Of a DNA stretch of 64,000 nucleotides, positions 1-8,219 are shown piece by piece. Source of the DNA: an uncultured Ignavibacteria bacterium. Its GTDB lineage: Bacteria; Bacteroidota; Ignavibacteria; Tepidaquicellales; OLB5. Position 1 is the first letter of the stretch; every line of letters starts with the position of its first letter. The DNA is taken from contig CAWFKW010000003.1 in NCBI GenBank assembly GCA_963816535.1, positions 845,489-909,488 of the forward strand, read 5' to 3'. The notes under the pieces were generated by a model. The model saw only the letters and a list, made by a program, of their open reading frames with translations, was not told where the DNA came from and made no database searches. The position numbers and the translations under genes were made by a program.

Positions 1-213
1 GCCCGAAATTCTTTCAAGCTGTCTTATGCTCAGCTCAAGCTCATCAATCCTGTTTCTTTGCTCGTTAACAGCCGTCATATCTATATCCTGAACGTATTTC
101 TCACGCAGCTTCGCGAACCCGGCAAGCATTGGCGCCGCCGATGAAAGAACTCCGAGAGTAAGCGGCCTCAGCCTGTAGGCCGCATTACCATATTTATATG
201 TTTTGTTTTCCAT
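1..213 (-). CDS. phage structural-module protein, N-terminal 71 codons only (runs off the left edge). Its position after the tube gene suggests a tail assembly chaperone.
   Basis: The ATG at 213-211 lies 1 nt after the TAA (217-215) of the upstream gene. The frame stays open to position 1 (MENKTYKYGNAAYRLRPLTLGVLSSAAPMLAGF...). Function is inferred from gene order only. Confidence 0.4.
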   Translation of the reverse strand, partial: MENKTYKYGNAAYRLRPLTLGVLSSAAPMLAGFAKLREKYVQDIDMTAVNEQRNRIDELELSIRQLERISG

Positions 214-214
214 C

Positions 215-784
215 TTAAGCCACTTCCGTTTCGATGATTACTTGTTCAAGCCCTTCGGGAATAGTTACCGGCCCAGGCGACTTGATATCGATGCCAAGCG
301 CATTTTCAATTGAGCTGAGCGTGAACGCGCTGATAACAAAATCATCATGCAGCGAAATTGCGGTCGATTCATACGGCATCGATTTAGCGCCCCCTGGAGT
401 CGAAACTTTCATCTGCGGAGTAATTTCGACTATCTTAAATACTTCCTGGTGGGCGCCGCCCTTTATACCGAGGTATTTATATTCAAGATGTCTTTTGTTC
501 CGGACCCCTATGGCAAGCATGTCAAGCTTTTGTTTATCGGTTTCCATCAGTATTCCCGATGTTATACCTTCGAAGTCAAAATCAGCCGCGACCGTTTCAC
601 CCGCTTCGTTTTTGAACATGGTCTTCTTTGCGTTTATAGCCAGCCCGGAATTCGCAATGTGGCCCAGGTCAAGGCAGTTCTGCCCTGCGGCAAGATTTCC
701 GGGGATGGCTCCGTTTTGGTCAAGCTCAACGATGGCTATCTTATTGCCGCCCTTATCTTTTATATTTTTTATATTTGCAGACAT
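215..784 (-). CDS. putative phage major tail (tube) protein
   Basis: 189-aa ORF in the position of the tube gene in HK97-like modules, tightly packed with its neighbours. No specific motif recognised. Confidence 0.5.
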   Translation of the reverse strand: MSANIKNIKDKGGNKIAIVELDQNGAIPGNLAAGQNCLDLGHIANSGLAINAKKTMFKNEAGETVAADFDFEGITSGILMETDKQKLDMLAIGVRNKRHLEYKYLGIKGGAHQEVFKIVEITPQMKVSTPGGAKSMPYESTAISLHDDFVISAFTLSSIENALGIDIKSPGPVTIPEGLEQVIIETEVA

Positions 785-816
785 AATTTGTTTTAAGCAT
801 TAATACATGTTGGTTA

Positions 817-1284
817 TTAATTCAGGTTAATGTATTCAATTGTTATTGTAACTTCCAGCGTTTGCCTGTTATCGCGCCAGTCTGAATAAGGCTCTATTTT
901 GCTTATATAATAATTCTGCACTCCCGGCACGAGGCATAGAGAGCACCCTGTATCGGCGTTTTCGGACGAGATAAATCTTTCATAATCTTCTATCCAGCTT
1001 TCGGCTTCCGCCTGGTTCAATCCCTCTGAGTTCAGGTCATAAGTTGTTTCCATATGAGTAAGTATTTTCATCTTCAAAGACGATTCTAACAAATTCCTGT
1101 CTTCAAATCCGGGATTGATTTCTTCATCGCCTGCGGCAAGGTTAACCGAAGGAAATACGGCAATATCTGCCGGCGATTTCATTACAGGGATCACTTTTGC
1201 AATATCATGCATATACCCGTTTGAGGTATTTATCTTAAGCAGATCCAGCATCAGAACCCCGAATATTTGGCGTCTTTTTGTCAT
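817..1284 (-). CDS. phage neck protein (head-closure or tail-terminator class)
   Basis: 155-aa ORF between the connector and the tube gene. Its ATG (1284-1282) overlaps the TGA (1283-1281) of the upstream frame as ATGA, indicating translational coupling. Confidence 0.45.
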   Translation of the reverse strand: MTKRRQIFGVLMLDLLKINTSNGYMHDIAKVIPVMKSPADIAVFPSVNLAAGDEEINPGFEDRNLLESSLKMKILTHMETTYDLNSEGLNQAEAESWIEDYERFISSENADTGCSLCLVPGVQNYYISKIEPYSDWRDNRQTLEVTITIEYINLN

Positions 1285-1523
1285 ATGTTTGGTTTTTTAT
1301 ACCTGTTTATGATGTGTTCTATTTCAAGGTTTTCATAGACTGCGCTTTTGGGAACCGGGCCGCCGGAACTTTCAGATTTTTTCATGAGCAGATTTTTGCC
1401 GTCAGGCGAGTCATAAAAAGTTCTTGCCGCCAGGTACTTTACGGCTTTCTTCAGGTCTGCCGGGACCTGTTCGGCGTTAAGCGCTTCCCAATTATTCTGT
1501 TCGAACGTACCTCCTGAAACATG
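1281..1523 (-). other. C-terminal continuation of the gp6-like connector: 80 codons in frame with 1524-2003, with no start codon of its own
   Basis: Hand translation gives HVSGGTFEQNNWEALNAEQVPADLKKAVKYLAARTFYDSPDGKNLLMKKSESSGGPVPKSAVYENLEIEHIINRYKKPNI*. It is in the same frame as the upstream ORF and separated from it only by TAG 1526-1524. It contains the usual connector C-terminal motif (P.DLK.A...L.A..Y). Confidence 0.6.
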
Positions 1524-2003
1524 CTACATTGTGCAGCGCCAGAAGACATTTTGATAATTAACAATATCCCCCTGCTCATACTTTGTGTTTTCCGCCCAGT
1601 CATCCGCAGTCAGATATCCCGATGTGTACGCGGCTTTAATATTGCTTTCGCCAGGAGGGAATACGTAGTTTTTCAATATGCAGATCTGACCGCCGCTGAG
1701 AAGTAAAACTGAATCGCGAATCGAGTCAGGTTCCTTTATTATATCAGAGTATCCTTCTGAGGTTCTGAACTGCAGCTTTGTGATTTCAACGATTGGGAAT
1801 TCCTTAAGGTATGCAAACGCAGTGCCGCTGCCGTCCGGATTTTCTTCAATAACGCTGTAGCCAAGAGTCCGGTTGGTAAGCGAGTCAATTTCCGAAATGG
1901 CGCTTTGAATGCATTCGTTAAGCAGTTCGTCTTTGGATGTGTTGGCCGGGTCAATGGCCAGGAATCTCTTAAATTCAGTTAAGGTTAACATTTCATTTTT
2001 CAA
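1524..2003 (-). CDS. phage head-tail connector (gp6-like, Phage_connect_1 type), ends at an in-frame TAG
   Basis: The N-terminus LTLTEFKRFLAIDPANTSKDELLNECIQSAISEIDSLTNRTLGY is typical of gp6-like adaptors, and the gene follows MCP. See the finding on the TAG interruption. Confidence 0.75.
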   Translation of the reverse strand: MKNEMLTLTEFKRFLAIDPANTSKDELLNECIQSAISEIDSLTNRTLGYSVIEENPDGSGTAFAYLKEFPIVEITKLQFRTSEGYSDIIKEPDSIRDSVLLLSGGQICILKNYVFPPGESNIKAAYTSGYLTADDWAENTKYEQGDIVNYQNVFWRCTM

Positions 2004-2032
2004 AATTTACACGCGCCGGCCGTAACCGGCGC
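2002..2032 (-). terminator. GC-rich hairpin just downstream of the capsid gene (attenuator/terminator-like)
   Basis: GCGCCGG (2013-2019) pairs with CCGGCGC (2026-2032) around a 6-nt loop. On the minus strand it is followed by GTGTAAATTTT. Confidence 0.4.
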
Positions 2033-2067
2033 ATGCTGAATATTGGAGTTTGATTATTACCCCGGTT

Positions 2068-3294
2068 CTACGACACGGTCGTCTTGATCTGCACAAGCCT
2101 TGAAGCAAACGGCGCCTGTATATCGAACCGCATTTCAGTCCTGAACAAAGTCAGGTTATCCTGGAACGCCGATCTCTGAACATTGCCGTCGCTGAACGAA
2201 GCTTCGGTCGAACGCGCCATTGTCATTCCCGCCCTCATTGCCATGTACACTTTTTTCAGGTTTCCTAAAGTGATAAACGGCAGGTCGGGGCCCGATTCGT
2301 TCATTGAATAAGCTGAATCGGTTAAGGTCACCGGGATTCCCAATAGCGTCCGGTTCTTTACGTCATATTCGCTGAGCAGGTACCTGTCCATATCATCCTT
2401 TTTTGTATGCAGGTGGGCCCAAACCGATGGCGACATATACCACTCCGCGCCTTTCAGGTCGACTGTTCTCAGCAGCCCGATGGCATTAATAAGATCGTCT
2501 GTGCTTACGGTGTCGAAGCCTTTTCCTTCGGTAAGCTGGAACGCGGTCTGCATTCCGTAGAGGCCGGTTATATTTGCATCGCCCCTGAACAAAATGTTAT
2601 CAAGCAGCGCGCCGTAATATTCGCCGATGTTCTGTCTCAGGTATCCTTCAAGGTCGCTGGAAGAATCTTCAAGCAGTTCATCTGTGAACGGAACTATAAA
2701 CGAATACTTTTTGATAGTAAAAGTCGTCACTCCGAACGTATAATTAACAACCGGCTTCGGAGCGCCTTCTTCGGTGTATTGCGGAGTGAGTATGGTCGAG
2801 AGCGTCGGGAGCTTTATAAGGTTTGTCCCGACCGGGATTATCGAAACCTTGCCGAGCGTGATTCCGTTATCGCGGATGTCGTCGGCAATAAGCTTCATAG
2901 TGTCGGTAGGCACAGTATAACCGCCCGCGGCAGCCGAACCTTCCGCCTGCAGCGCGTGCTTGAACCCCGCCAGCTTCTCCGAAAACGGGCTGCCTTCCGG
3001 TTTCAGTATTGCATGCACATACCTGTTGAATCCTATTCTTCTTGCTTCTTTCTGGTCGGCGATGCATTTTTCTTTATCGCTAAGGAAATGATGGTACCAT
3101 TTCCCGTCTTTGGGCGCCTCCGGCGCTTTGACCCCGGTCGACGCCTTCTTCACTTCATCAATTACAGAATTGAATCCGTTCTTAAGGCCGTCCTGTATCT
3201 TATCAGGCAGCGAGTTAAGTTCATCCGGCTTGAACGAAGCCAGCTTGCCTATCTCAGCCTGGATCTGCGTAAAAATATCCTGTGTGTTCGTCAT
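2068..3294 (-). CDS. phage major capsid protein, HK97 family
   Basis: 408 aa with AAAGGYTVPTDTMKLIADDIRDNGITLGKV, resembling the HK97-fold MCP signature. It follows the prohead protease. Confidence 0.9.
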   Translation of the reverse strand: MTNTQDIFTQIQAEIGKLASFKPDELNSLPDKIQDGLKNGFNSVIDEVKKASTGVKAPEAPKDGKWYHHFLSDKEKCIADQKEARRIGFNRYVHAILKPEGSPFSEKLAGFKHALQAEGSAAAGGYTVPTDTMKLIADDIRDNGITLGKVSIIPVGTNLIKLPTLSTILTPQYTEEGAPKPVVNYTFGVTTFTIKKYSFIVPFTDELLEDSSSDLEGYLRQNIGEYYGALLDNILFRGDANITGLYGMQTAFQLTEGKGFDTVSTDDLINAIGLLRTVDLKGAEWYMSPSVWAHLHTKKDDMDRYLLSEYDVKNRTLLGIPVTLTDSAYSMNESGPDLPFITLGNLKKVYMAMRAGMTMARSTEASFSDGNVQRSAFQDNLTLFRTEMRFDIQAPFASRLVQIKTTVS

Positions 3295-3336
3295 ATTTTT
3301 TGTTTAAGCGTTTTTATTAATGTGCGTTAAGTTTTT

Positions 3337-4185
3337 TTATTCGATCCTGCCAGCTATAGAATCAACAGAGCGCTTTACAGCTTTTTCAACCAATGCCTCT
3401 AAGTTCGTACCGAGGTCATTTACTTGTTTTATGCTTCCGGCAAAGTGTTCCAGTTTGGGCATTATCATCTTATGGTATTGTTCTATTGTTTCTTCCGCGA
3501 TCGCCCTGAACTCATTTTCGTATCCGGCTGTTCCGAGAGATCTTAATTCATTTTTAATATTCTGAAGCTCTCCCATGAGATTCAACGAGTCATCTTCGCC
3601 CGCTGTCTTCCGGTTCATAATTGAATGCATAAAATATTTCTTCATCGTATCGCTTTTAACCGATTCAAGGGCGTTCAGAAAATTTGTTTCCTGTGTGGTC
3701 GAGTCGCCGTCAACCGGAACAAACACCGCGCTGTACTCGTATATCCCCCACTTATCGTAATATACATAGCCGTTTTCAGCGCGGGGCTCGGAGACCGGGT
3801 AAAACCATTTGCTCCATCCGTTTAAAAAGCCGAGCCTGTATAAATTATATACGTCGTGCGCGAAATCTGATTTATCGTCGTCTCTGAACTCGGTTTCGGC
3901 TCTCAGGTAATTTCCGTCGACCTGTATCTTCGTATTTTTTCCGAGCACAAAATCAAGCTGAATCCGCGCGGGAGTTGTTATGAAAAGGTCGCTTAGCCCG
4001 TGCTGAAACAATACGATAGGGTTTTTCCTGTAACGGCTGTCGTCATACCCCTCCGGTTTTAATACCTGTCCGTAGTCGTTCGGCTCTCCGCCGGATATGT
4101 AATGCGATACTGTTCTTTTTTGTTCGTTTATTTCCTGAACTGAATTCTGGAATAAGCTGAAAAGCGGCCTGATTAATTTCTGCAT
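3337..4185 (-). CDS. prohead serine protease (HK97/S78-like) with a C-terminal scaffold-like helical region
   Basis: Lies between portal and MCP. The segment NPIVLFQHGLSD...GNYLRAETEF resembles prohead protease cores. The C-terminal third is charged and helical. Confidence 0.65.
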   Translation of the reverse strand: MQKLIRPLFSLFQNSVQEINEQKRTVSHYISGGEPNDYGQVLKPEGYDDSRYRKNPIVLFQHGLSDLFITTPARIQLDFVLGKNTKIQVDGNYLRAETEFRDDDKSDFAHDVYNLYRLGFLNGWSKWFYPVSEPRAENGYVYYDKWGIYEYSAVFVPVDGDSTTQETNFLNALESVKSDTMKKYFMHSIMNRKTAGEDDSLNLMGELQNIKNELRSLGTAGYENEFRAIAEETIEQYHKMIMPKLEHFAGSIKQVNDLGTNLEALVEKAVKRSVDSIAGRIE

Positions 4186-4242
4186 AATTTTTTTTGCCCT
4201 GTTCCCGGTCGGCCGGGAATCTGTTTAGTTTTTTGTTTTACT

Positions 4243-5481
4243 TTATTTAAAGAAAAGATCGTTTGCCCTTGCGTCGTCGTAATCGTCCCAATTTCTCACC
4301 CGCCTAAGTTCGTTCTTTGTCGCCAGCTTATGCTTTGCGAACAGGTCTATCTCTTTAAGCTGCGTATCAACGTCTGTCACATCATATTCCATAGCAGTTA
4401 TAAGCTTTTCATCATAATTATCGTGCGCAAAAGCCGTAAGCTGTTCATTGAATACCATGTTTGAATAAGGTTCTATCGTATTTTTGATCCATGTCATCAA
4501 CGCGTTCCGGGAATTGTTGTAATTTGAATCTTCAAATATGTTCATCACCTGTTTTGATACGTCAAGCACAAGCATAATTTCTTCAAGGATCTGCCTGCGC
4601 GAGTTAGTGAAATCCATTTCCTTCTGCGTCCTGCCAAGCTCGGTCACTGCCGCGCCGCTATCCAGTATCAGCGGGTTCCTTGCGTTATCAACCCCGGTAT
4701 GGTTTTCTTTATACTGCTTTTTATATCTTTCAAACGTCTCATCCCTGAGCTCTTTGGGAAGACTGATAACAAAACCGGGAGACCCGTCGTTATCAAAAAA
4801 CCTGCGCTGGTAGCGGCTTTGAAGATATTCTATATCAAGCGTAAAGTTGAAAGCCGATACAGGCGCAAAAGGATAGATATTCGATTCGGGATGCGGGATC
4901 TTAAACCTGATAACATTCTCAGGTTTTACCTTCAGCGAAACGCCTCCCGCTTCATATAAATAATAATCGACCATAGAATTCTGCGAATCAAGCTTTGGCG
5001 TGACGTACTTTGCCGGCAATGGCACAAACTCAACAGGCAGTTTTCTGCCGAGGAATTCAACCCTGTTTACCAGTAGGTATGCATTGCCGTTTAAATCGCA
5101 ATTGACGGATGACAGGAACAGCATTTCTTTGAACGACTGCCCGTAACTGTTGCGTGACCGGAGAAGCTTTATGAACGGGTGATCGGTTATTTCAGTGCGG
5201 CGTGATTTAAACTGCCTGTACAAATAAATATTTGCGTTGGCTGCGTTGTACGCCTTTTTGTTTATGCACGCATAAGCAAACGACTTATAGAAATCCTGCG
5301 TCCCAGCGCGGTCAAACAGGTCCAGCCCTATCAGCGGCTTCCACACCGAAGGCGGATCGTCTGACCTAAACGCAGCCGAATTCTTTTTGTCCGGCCCCGG
5401 TTTGTAAAAGTCGTAAGCCGATCTGATCAAGTGTTTTAGTAATCCCATATTATTATTTGCCTCACCATTGCTTTCAACCAT
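4243..5481 (-). CDS. phage portal protein, HK97 family
   Basis: 412 aa immediately downstream of TerL, with portal-like segments (LNGNAYLLV, ...DFTNSRRQILEEI). Confidence 0.85.
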   Translation of the reverse strand: MVESNGEANNNMGLLKHLIRSAYDFYKPGPDKKNSAAFRSDDPPSVWKPLIGLDLFDRAGTQDFYKSFAYACINKKAYNAANANIYLYRQFKSRRTEITDHPFIKLLRSRNSYGQSFKEMLFLSSVNCDLNGNAYLLVNRVEFLGRKLPVEFVPLPAKYVTPKLDSQNSMVDYYLYEAGGVSLKVKPENVIRFKIPHPESNIYPFAPVSAFNFTLDIEYLQSRYQRRFFDNDGSPGFVISLPKELRDETFERYKKQYKENHTGVDNARNPLILDSGAAVTELGRTQKEMDFTNSRRQILEEIMLVLDVSKQVMNIFEDSNYNNSRNALMTWIKNTIEPYSNMVFNEQLTAFAHDNYDEKLITAMEYDVTDVDTQLKEIDLFAKHKLATKNELRRVRNWDDYDDARANDLFFK

Positions 5482-5551
5482 GTTTCACCCCTCTTTAGGC
5501 GGCGCGGTTGTTGGATTATTCGTATTTATTTAGTTTTTATTTGTTGTTTTG

Positions 5552-5607
5552 TCATTACTTATTTCTCATTGCTCATTACTTATTGCTCATTACTCATTAC
5601 TCAATCC
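5552..5607. repeat. heptamer-periodic microarray (8 units: TCATTAC/TTATTTC/TCATTGC...)
   Basis: Units counted directly from the sequence. The array overlaps the TerL stop codon (5599-5597) and fills the TerL-portal spacer. Confidence 0.85.
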
Positions 5608-7090
5608 TTCTTATTCTGGGTTCCGCTTCGCGCTTCAGCCGGCGCAGTATTGCGCCGCTCAAACAATCCACCTGGTCGTCATACTTTCCGTTCGGGAACG
5701 ATGCGCATTCATCAAGGAACCTCTCTGTCCACGAAGCGCCTTTTAGCAGGAATACCCTGCCCGATTCAATTGCCGGACTTGCCGCAATGAGCCTTGTTTG
5801 TTTATCGTCATTCGGCGGCTTATCTTCGATCACGTTAATTCTTTCGCCGCCGGACAGCTTTGATTCTTTCAGTTCCTGAACTATGCTGATACCTGATGCC
5901 TTTGGCTCGAACACGCATTCGCTTGCTGATGTATATCCGCAACGCTCGATGTAATCTATGTACGATTTCCTGAATTCCGGAAACCCCAGGTTGGCCACCC
6001 ACATATCCAGGATGTAAAACCTGCCGTCGTGAAAAATATAGCACATAGTGGCTGAGTTATCGCTTCGCTCTTTTCCGTATGCGGTATCAGTATAGAAATC
6101 AACAGCAAGACCCTGGGGCAGCTCCGAGAGGAAGAATTCTTTGAACCAGCGTTTCCTGATCAAACTTCCTTCTTCCGGCGAAGGACGCTGCTGGTATAAG
6201 CTTATAAACGTTCTCTCACTGATTTTCCTTATGTCATTAAGCCTTTCAAGTGAATGTTGTTCCGGCCAGAGCGCTTCGCCTGTTTTCCGCGGGTCGCCGG
6301 GATTCGAACTATCCTCTTTAACAGCCGGGAATGAAATTACTTCCCATTTGTCGCCGCCCGATTCCAAAAGCCTTCCGGCTAAGTCATCCTCATGCCAGCG
6401 TGTCATTGTCAGCAATACCCGGCTTGAATTATGCAGCCTCGTTTCAACAACATCGGTGTACCACTCCCAAACTGATCGGCGGTATGTTTCTGAAAATGCC
6501 TGCTCCGGGCCTTTCACAGGATCGTCTATGCTTAGTATATCAGCTGAAAACCCGGTCAGGCTTCCTCCTACTCCAACGCTTTTATAGTAACCGCCGTAGC
6601 CTTCCACTTCAAAGATATCGGCGCGCTTAAGGTATTTACGTTTTATTATATCTGTTTTACTCAGATCAAATATATCCGAATACGGAGTATCATCAACGAT
6701 CCTCTGGGTTTCCCGGTTGAACGAACATGCCAGCTCCTCTGAATAACTTGCGCCCACATATTTAAGATCCGGGTTCCTGCCGAGCATGTAAGCGGGAAAC
6801 CTCCGCGAGACCAGCTCCGATTTCCCGTGCTGCGGCGGCATGAATACCATCATCCTTGTTATCTTTCCAAGTGAAAATTCGTCCAGCTTCCGACACAGGT
6901 ATTCATGATGCCAGTTAACCTCATAATCTGGTTTTGTGTATTTAACAAAGCTCAATAGATCGTTTCGCTCACGTTCTGTGCTCATAAGTTTTTCCAGCTT
7001 TTCCTTCCGGAATTGTCTTTCTTCAAACCTATGCCTGAGTTCTAATTCAGATGTAGCTTTATATATAATTCCCGGCGCCGGCATTTTCAA
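5597..7090 (-). CDS. terL: terminase large subunit
   Basis: Walker A-like PPQHGKSE, Walker B-like ILSIDDP, TRWHEDDL coupling motif, and a C-terminal nuclease-type region. Confidence 0.9.
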   Translation of the reverse strand: MKMPAPGIIYKATSELELRHRFEERQFRKEKLEKLMSTERERNDLLSFVKYTKPDYEVNWHHEYLCRKLDEFSLGKITRMMVFMPPQHGKSELVSRRFPAYMLGRNPDLKYVGASYSEELACSFNRETQRIVDDTPYSDIFDLSKTDIIKRKYLKRADIFEVEGYGGYYKSVGVGGSLTGFSADILSIDDPVKGPEQAFSETYRRSVWEWYTDVVETRLHNSSRVLLTMTRWHEDDLAGRLLESGGDKWEVISFPAVKEDSSNPGDPRKTGEALWPEQHSLERLNDIRKISERTFISLYQQRPSPEEGSLIRKRWFKEFFLSELPQGLAVDFYTDTAYGKERSDNSATMCYIFHDGRFYILDMWVANLGFPEFRKSYIDYIERCGYTSASECVFEPKASGISIVQELKESKLSGGERINVIEDKPPNDDKQTRLIAASPAIESGRVFLLKGASWTERFLDECASFPNGKYDDQVDCLSGAILRRLKREAEPRIRRIE

Positions 7091-7496
7091 ATTCGTTAAT
7101 TACTTTTACGGCGTCTTCGCCGTTTACTATTCGGTTCAGGTAGAAATCAGGCAGTTTTTTTATATCATAATCGAGCTCTCTATCAGGTGAATCTCTCTGC
7201 CCCAGATAAATTTTACCCAGCAGCGAAACAATCGTAGGATTTTTTTCCTCAACCATAACAAATTGTTTCCCGCGTATTTTTGATTTGCCTTCTGCTATTG
7301 ACTTACGGTAAATCTTAAGAAATTTATCGTCGGCCTCCAAAACTTCAGGGGCGATTTCCATGATATCGGCAATTTCTTCCTTTGTACAGAAGATCCTTGC
7401 CAGAGCCGCCGCCAAATCATAATCAAATTTCTTCTTTATTACTTTACTTGTAGTTTTTCTCATAAGTAATCTGTGATTTGTAATTGTTATGGGCAA
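7059..7496 (-). CDS. terminase small subunit (putative)
   Basis: 145-aa ORF overlapping the TerL start, with an HTH-like segment (CTKEEIADIMEIAPEVL). Function assigned by position. Confidence 0.6.
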   Translation of the reverse strand: MPITITNHRLLMRKTTSKVIKKKFDYDLAAALARIFCTKEEIADIMEIAPEVLEADDKFLKIYRKSIAEGKSKIRGKQFVMVEEKNPTIVSLLGKIYLGQRDSPDRELDYDIKKLPDFYLNRIVNGEDAVKVINEFENAGAGNYI

Positions 7497-7861
7497 ACCT
7501 GTTCTTCAAGCGCGGCAAACGCTTTCATGAACGCGGCTGTTTCGGCCTCTTTTCGAGTTTGGAACTTTGGCGAAATTACATTCCCCGCCCCGGAATACAG
7601 CTCATAGTTAAAATATCCTATCCATTCATCATAGAGTATAACCACAAATATTCCGTATTGCTCAAAGAACTCATAAAGGTCTCTTTGGCGAAGAGTATCA
7701 ATCTCGTACCACTCTTCCGATTCATCTTCTTTTGTATCGGCGGCAACCGTATTGCCGTCTATCCTTATCCTTCTTTCTTTGTATATTCCCGGGTCGGCGA
7801 GGAAATCGACGAGGTCATACCAGGTATCGGGATAAGCGTTTTTTATTTTGTACCAGTCCAT
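7487..7861 (-). CDS. hypothetical phage protein (acidic, 124 aa)
   Basis: First ORF of the leftward operon; it overlaps the TerS start by 10 nt. Confidence 0.5.
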   Translation of the reverse strand: MDWYKIKNAYPDTWYDLVDFLADPGIYKERRIRIDGNTVAADTKEDESEEWYEIDTLRQRDLYEFFEQYGIFVVILYDEWIGYFNYELYSGAGNVISPKFQTRKEAETAAFMKAFAALEEQVCP

Positions 7862-8109
7862 AATCGGGTTAATTAAGTTTTATGAATTATATAAGTAAAT
7901 ATTACCAAAAACACGGGATCAGCCTTCAGGCAGAAGAGTTCACACGAAAGAGATCTTCTAAAAGTGGCGTAAATATCTCATAATTCAGCGCCTTGCAGCA
8001 GATTTGACTCTGCGGAAACTTTTGGTTCAATGTTGATTTTTTCAGCGGCCGGGCCTGCATGATAATCCTGGTTACGGGTTTATCTATTGTATCTTTTAGT
8101 TTAACGTAT

Positions 8110-8117
8110 TATATTTG
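8110..8117 (+). promoter_or_regulatory. Bacteroidota-type -7 box TATATTTG upstream of the repressor gene
   Basis: Matches the TAnnTTTG consensus and lies about 100 nt upstream of the ATG at 8220. Confidence 0.3.
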
Positions 8118-8168
8118 TCATGCACAATCGTTTAAATAACGACGGCGCTAATATAAAGCAATAGTTTA

Positions 8169-8181
8169 GACTTGTCAAGTC
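8169..8181. promoter_or_regulatory. perfect palindrome GACTTG-T-CAAGTC, candidate repressor operator
   Basis: Read directly from the sequence. It lies in the divergent intergenic region between the repressor gene and the packaging operon. Confidence 0.3.
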
Positions 8182-8219
8182 AAAACGTAAACAAAAGTTT
8201 ATAATTAAACAAAAAACAA

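Noticed and set aside
234-3330. Long antisense ORFs inside phage genes (234-803 plus strand, 2407-3330 plus strand, and others)
   Set aside because: These are shadow ORFs opposite well-supported tail and capsid genes, with low-complexity, Arg/Ser-rich translations.
5508-5879. 123-aa plus-strand ORF (MLDYSYLFSFYLLFCHYLFLIAHYLLLITHYSILL...)
   Set aside because: Its N-terminus is the translated heptamer array, and the rest is antisense to the TerL 3' end.
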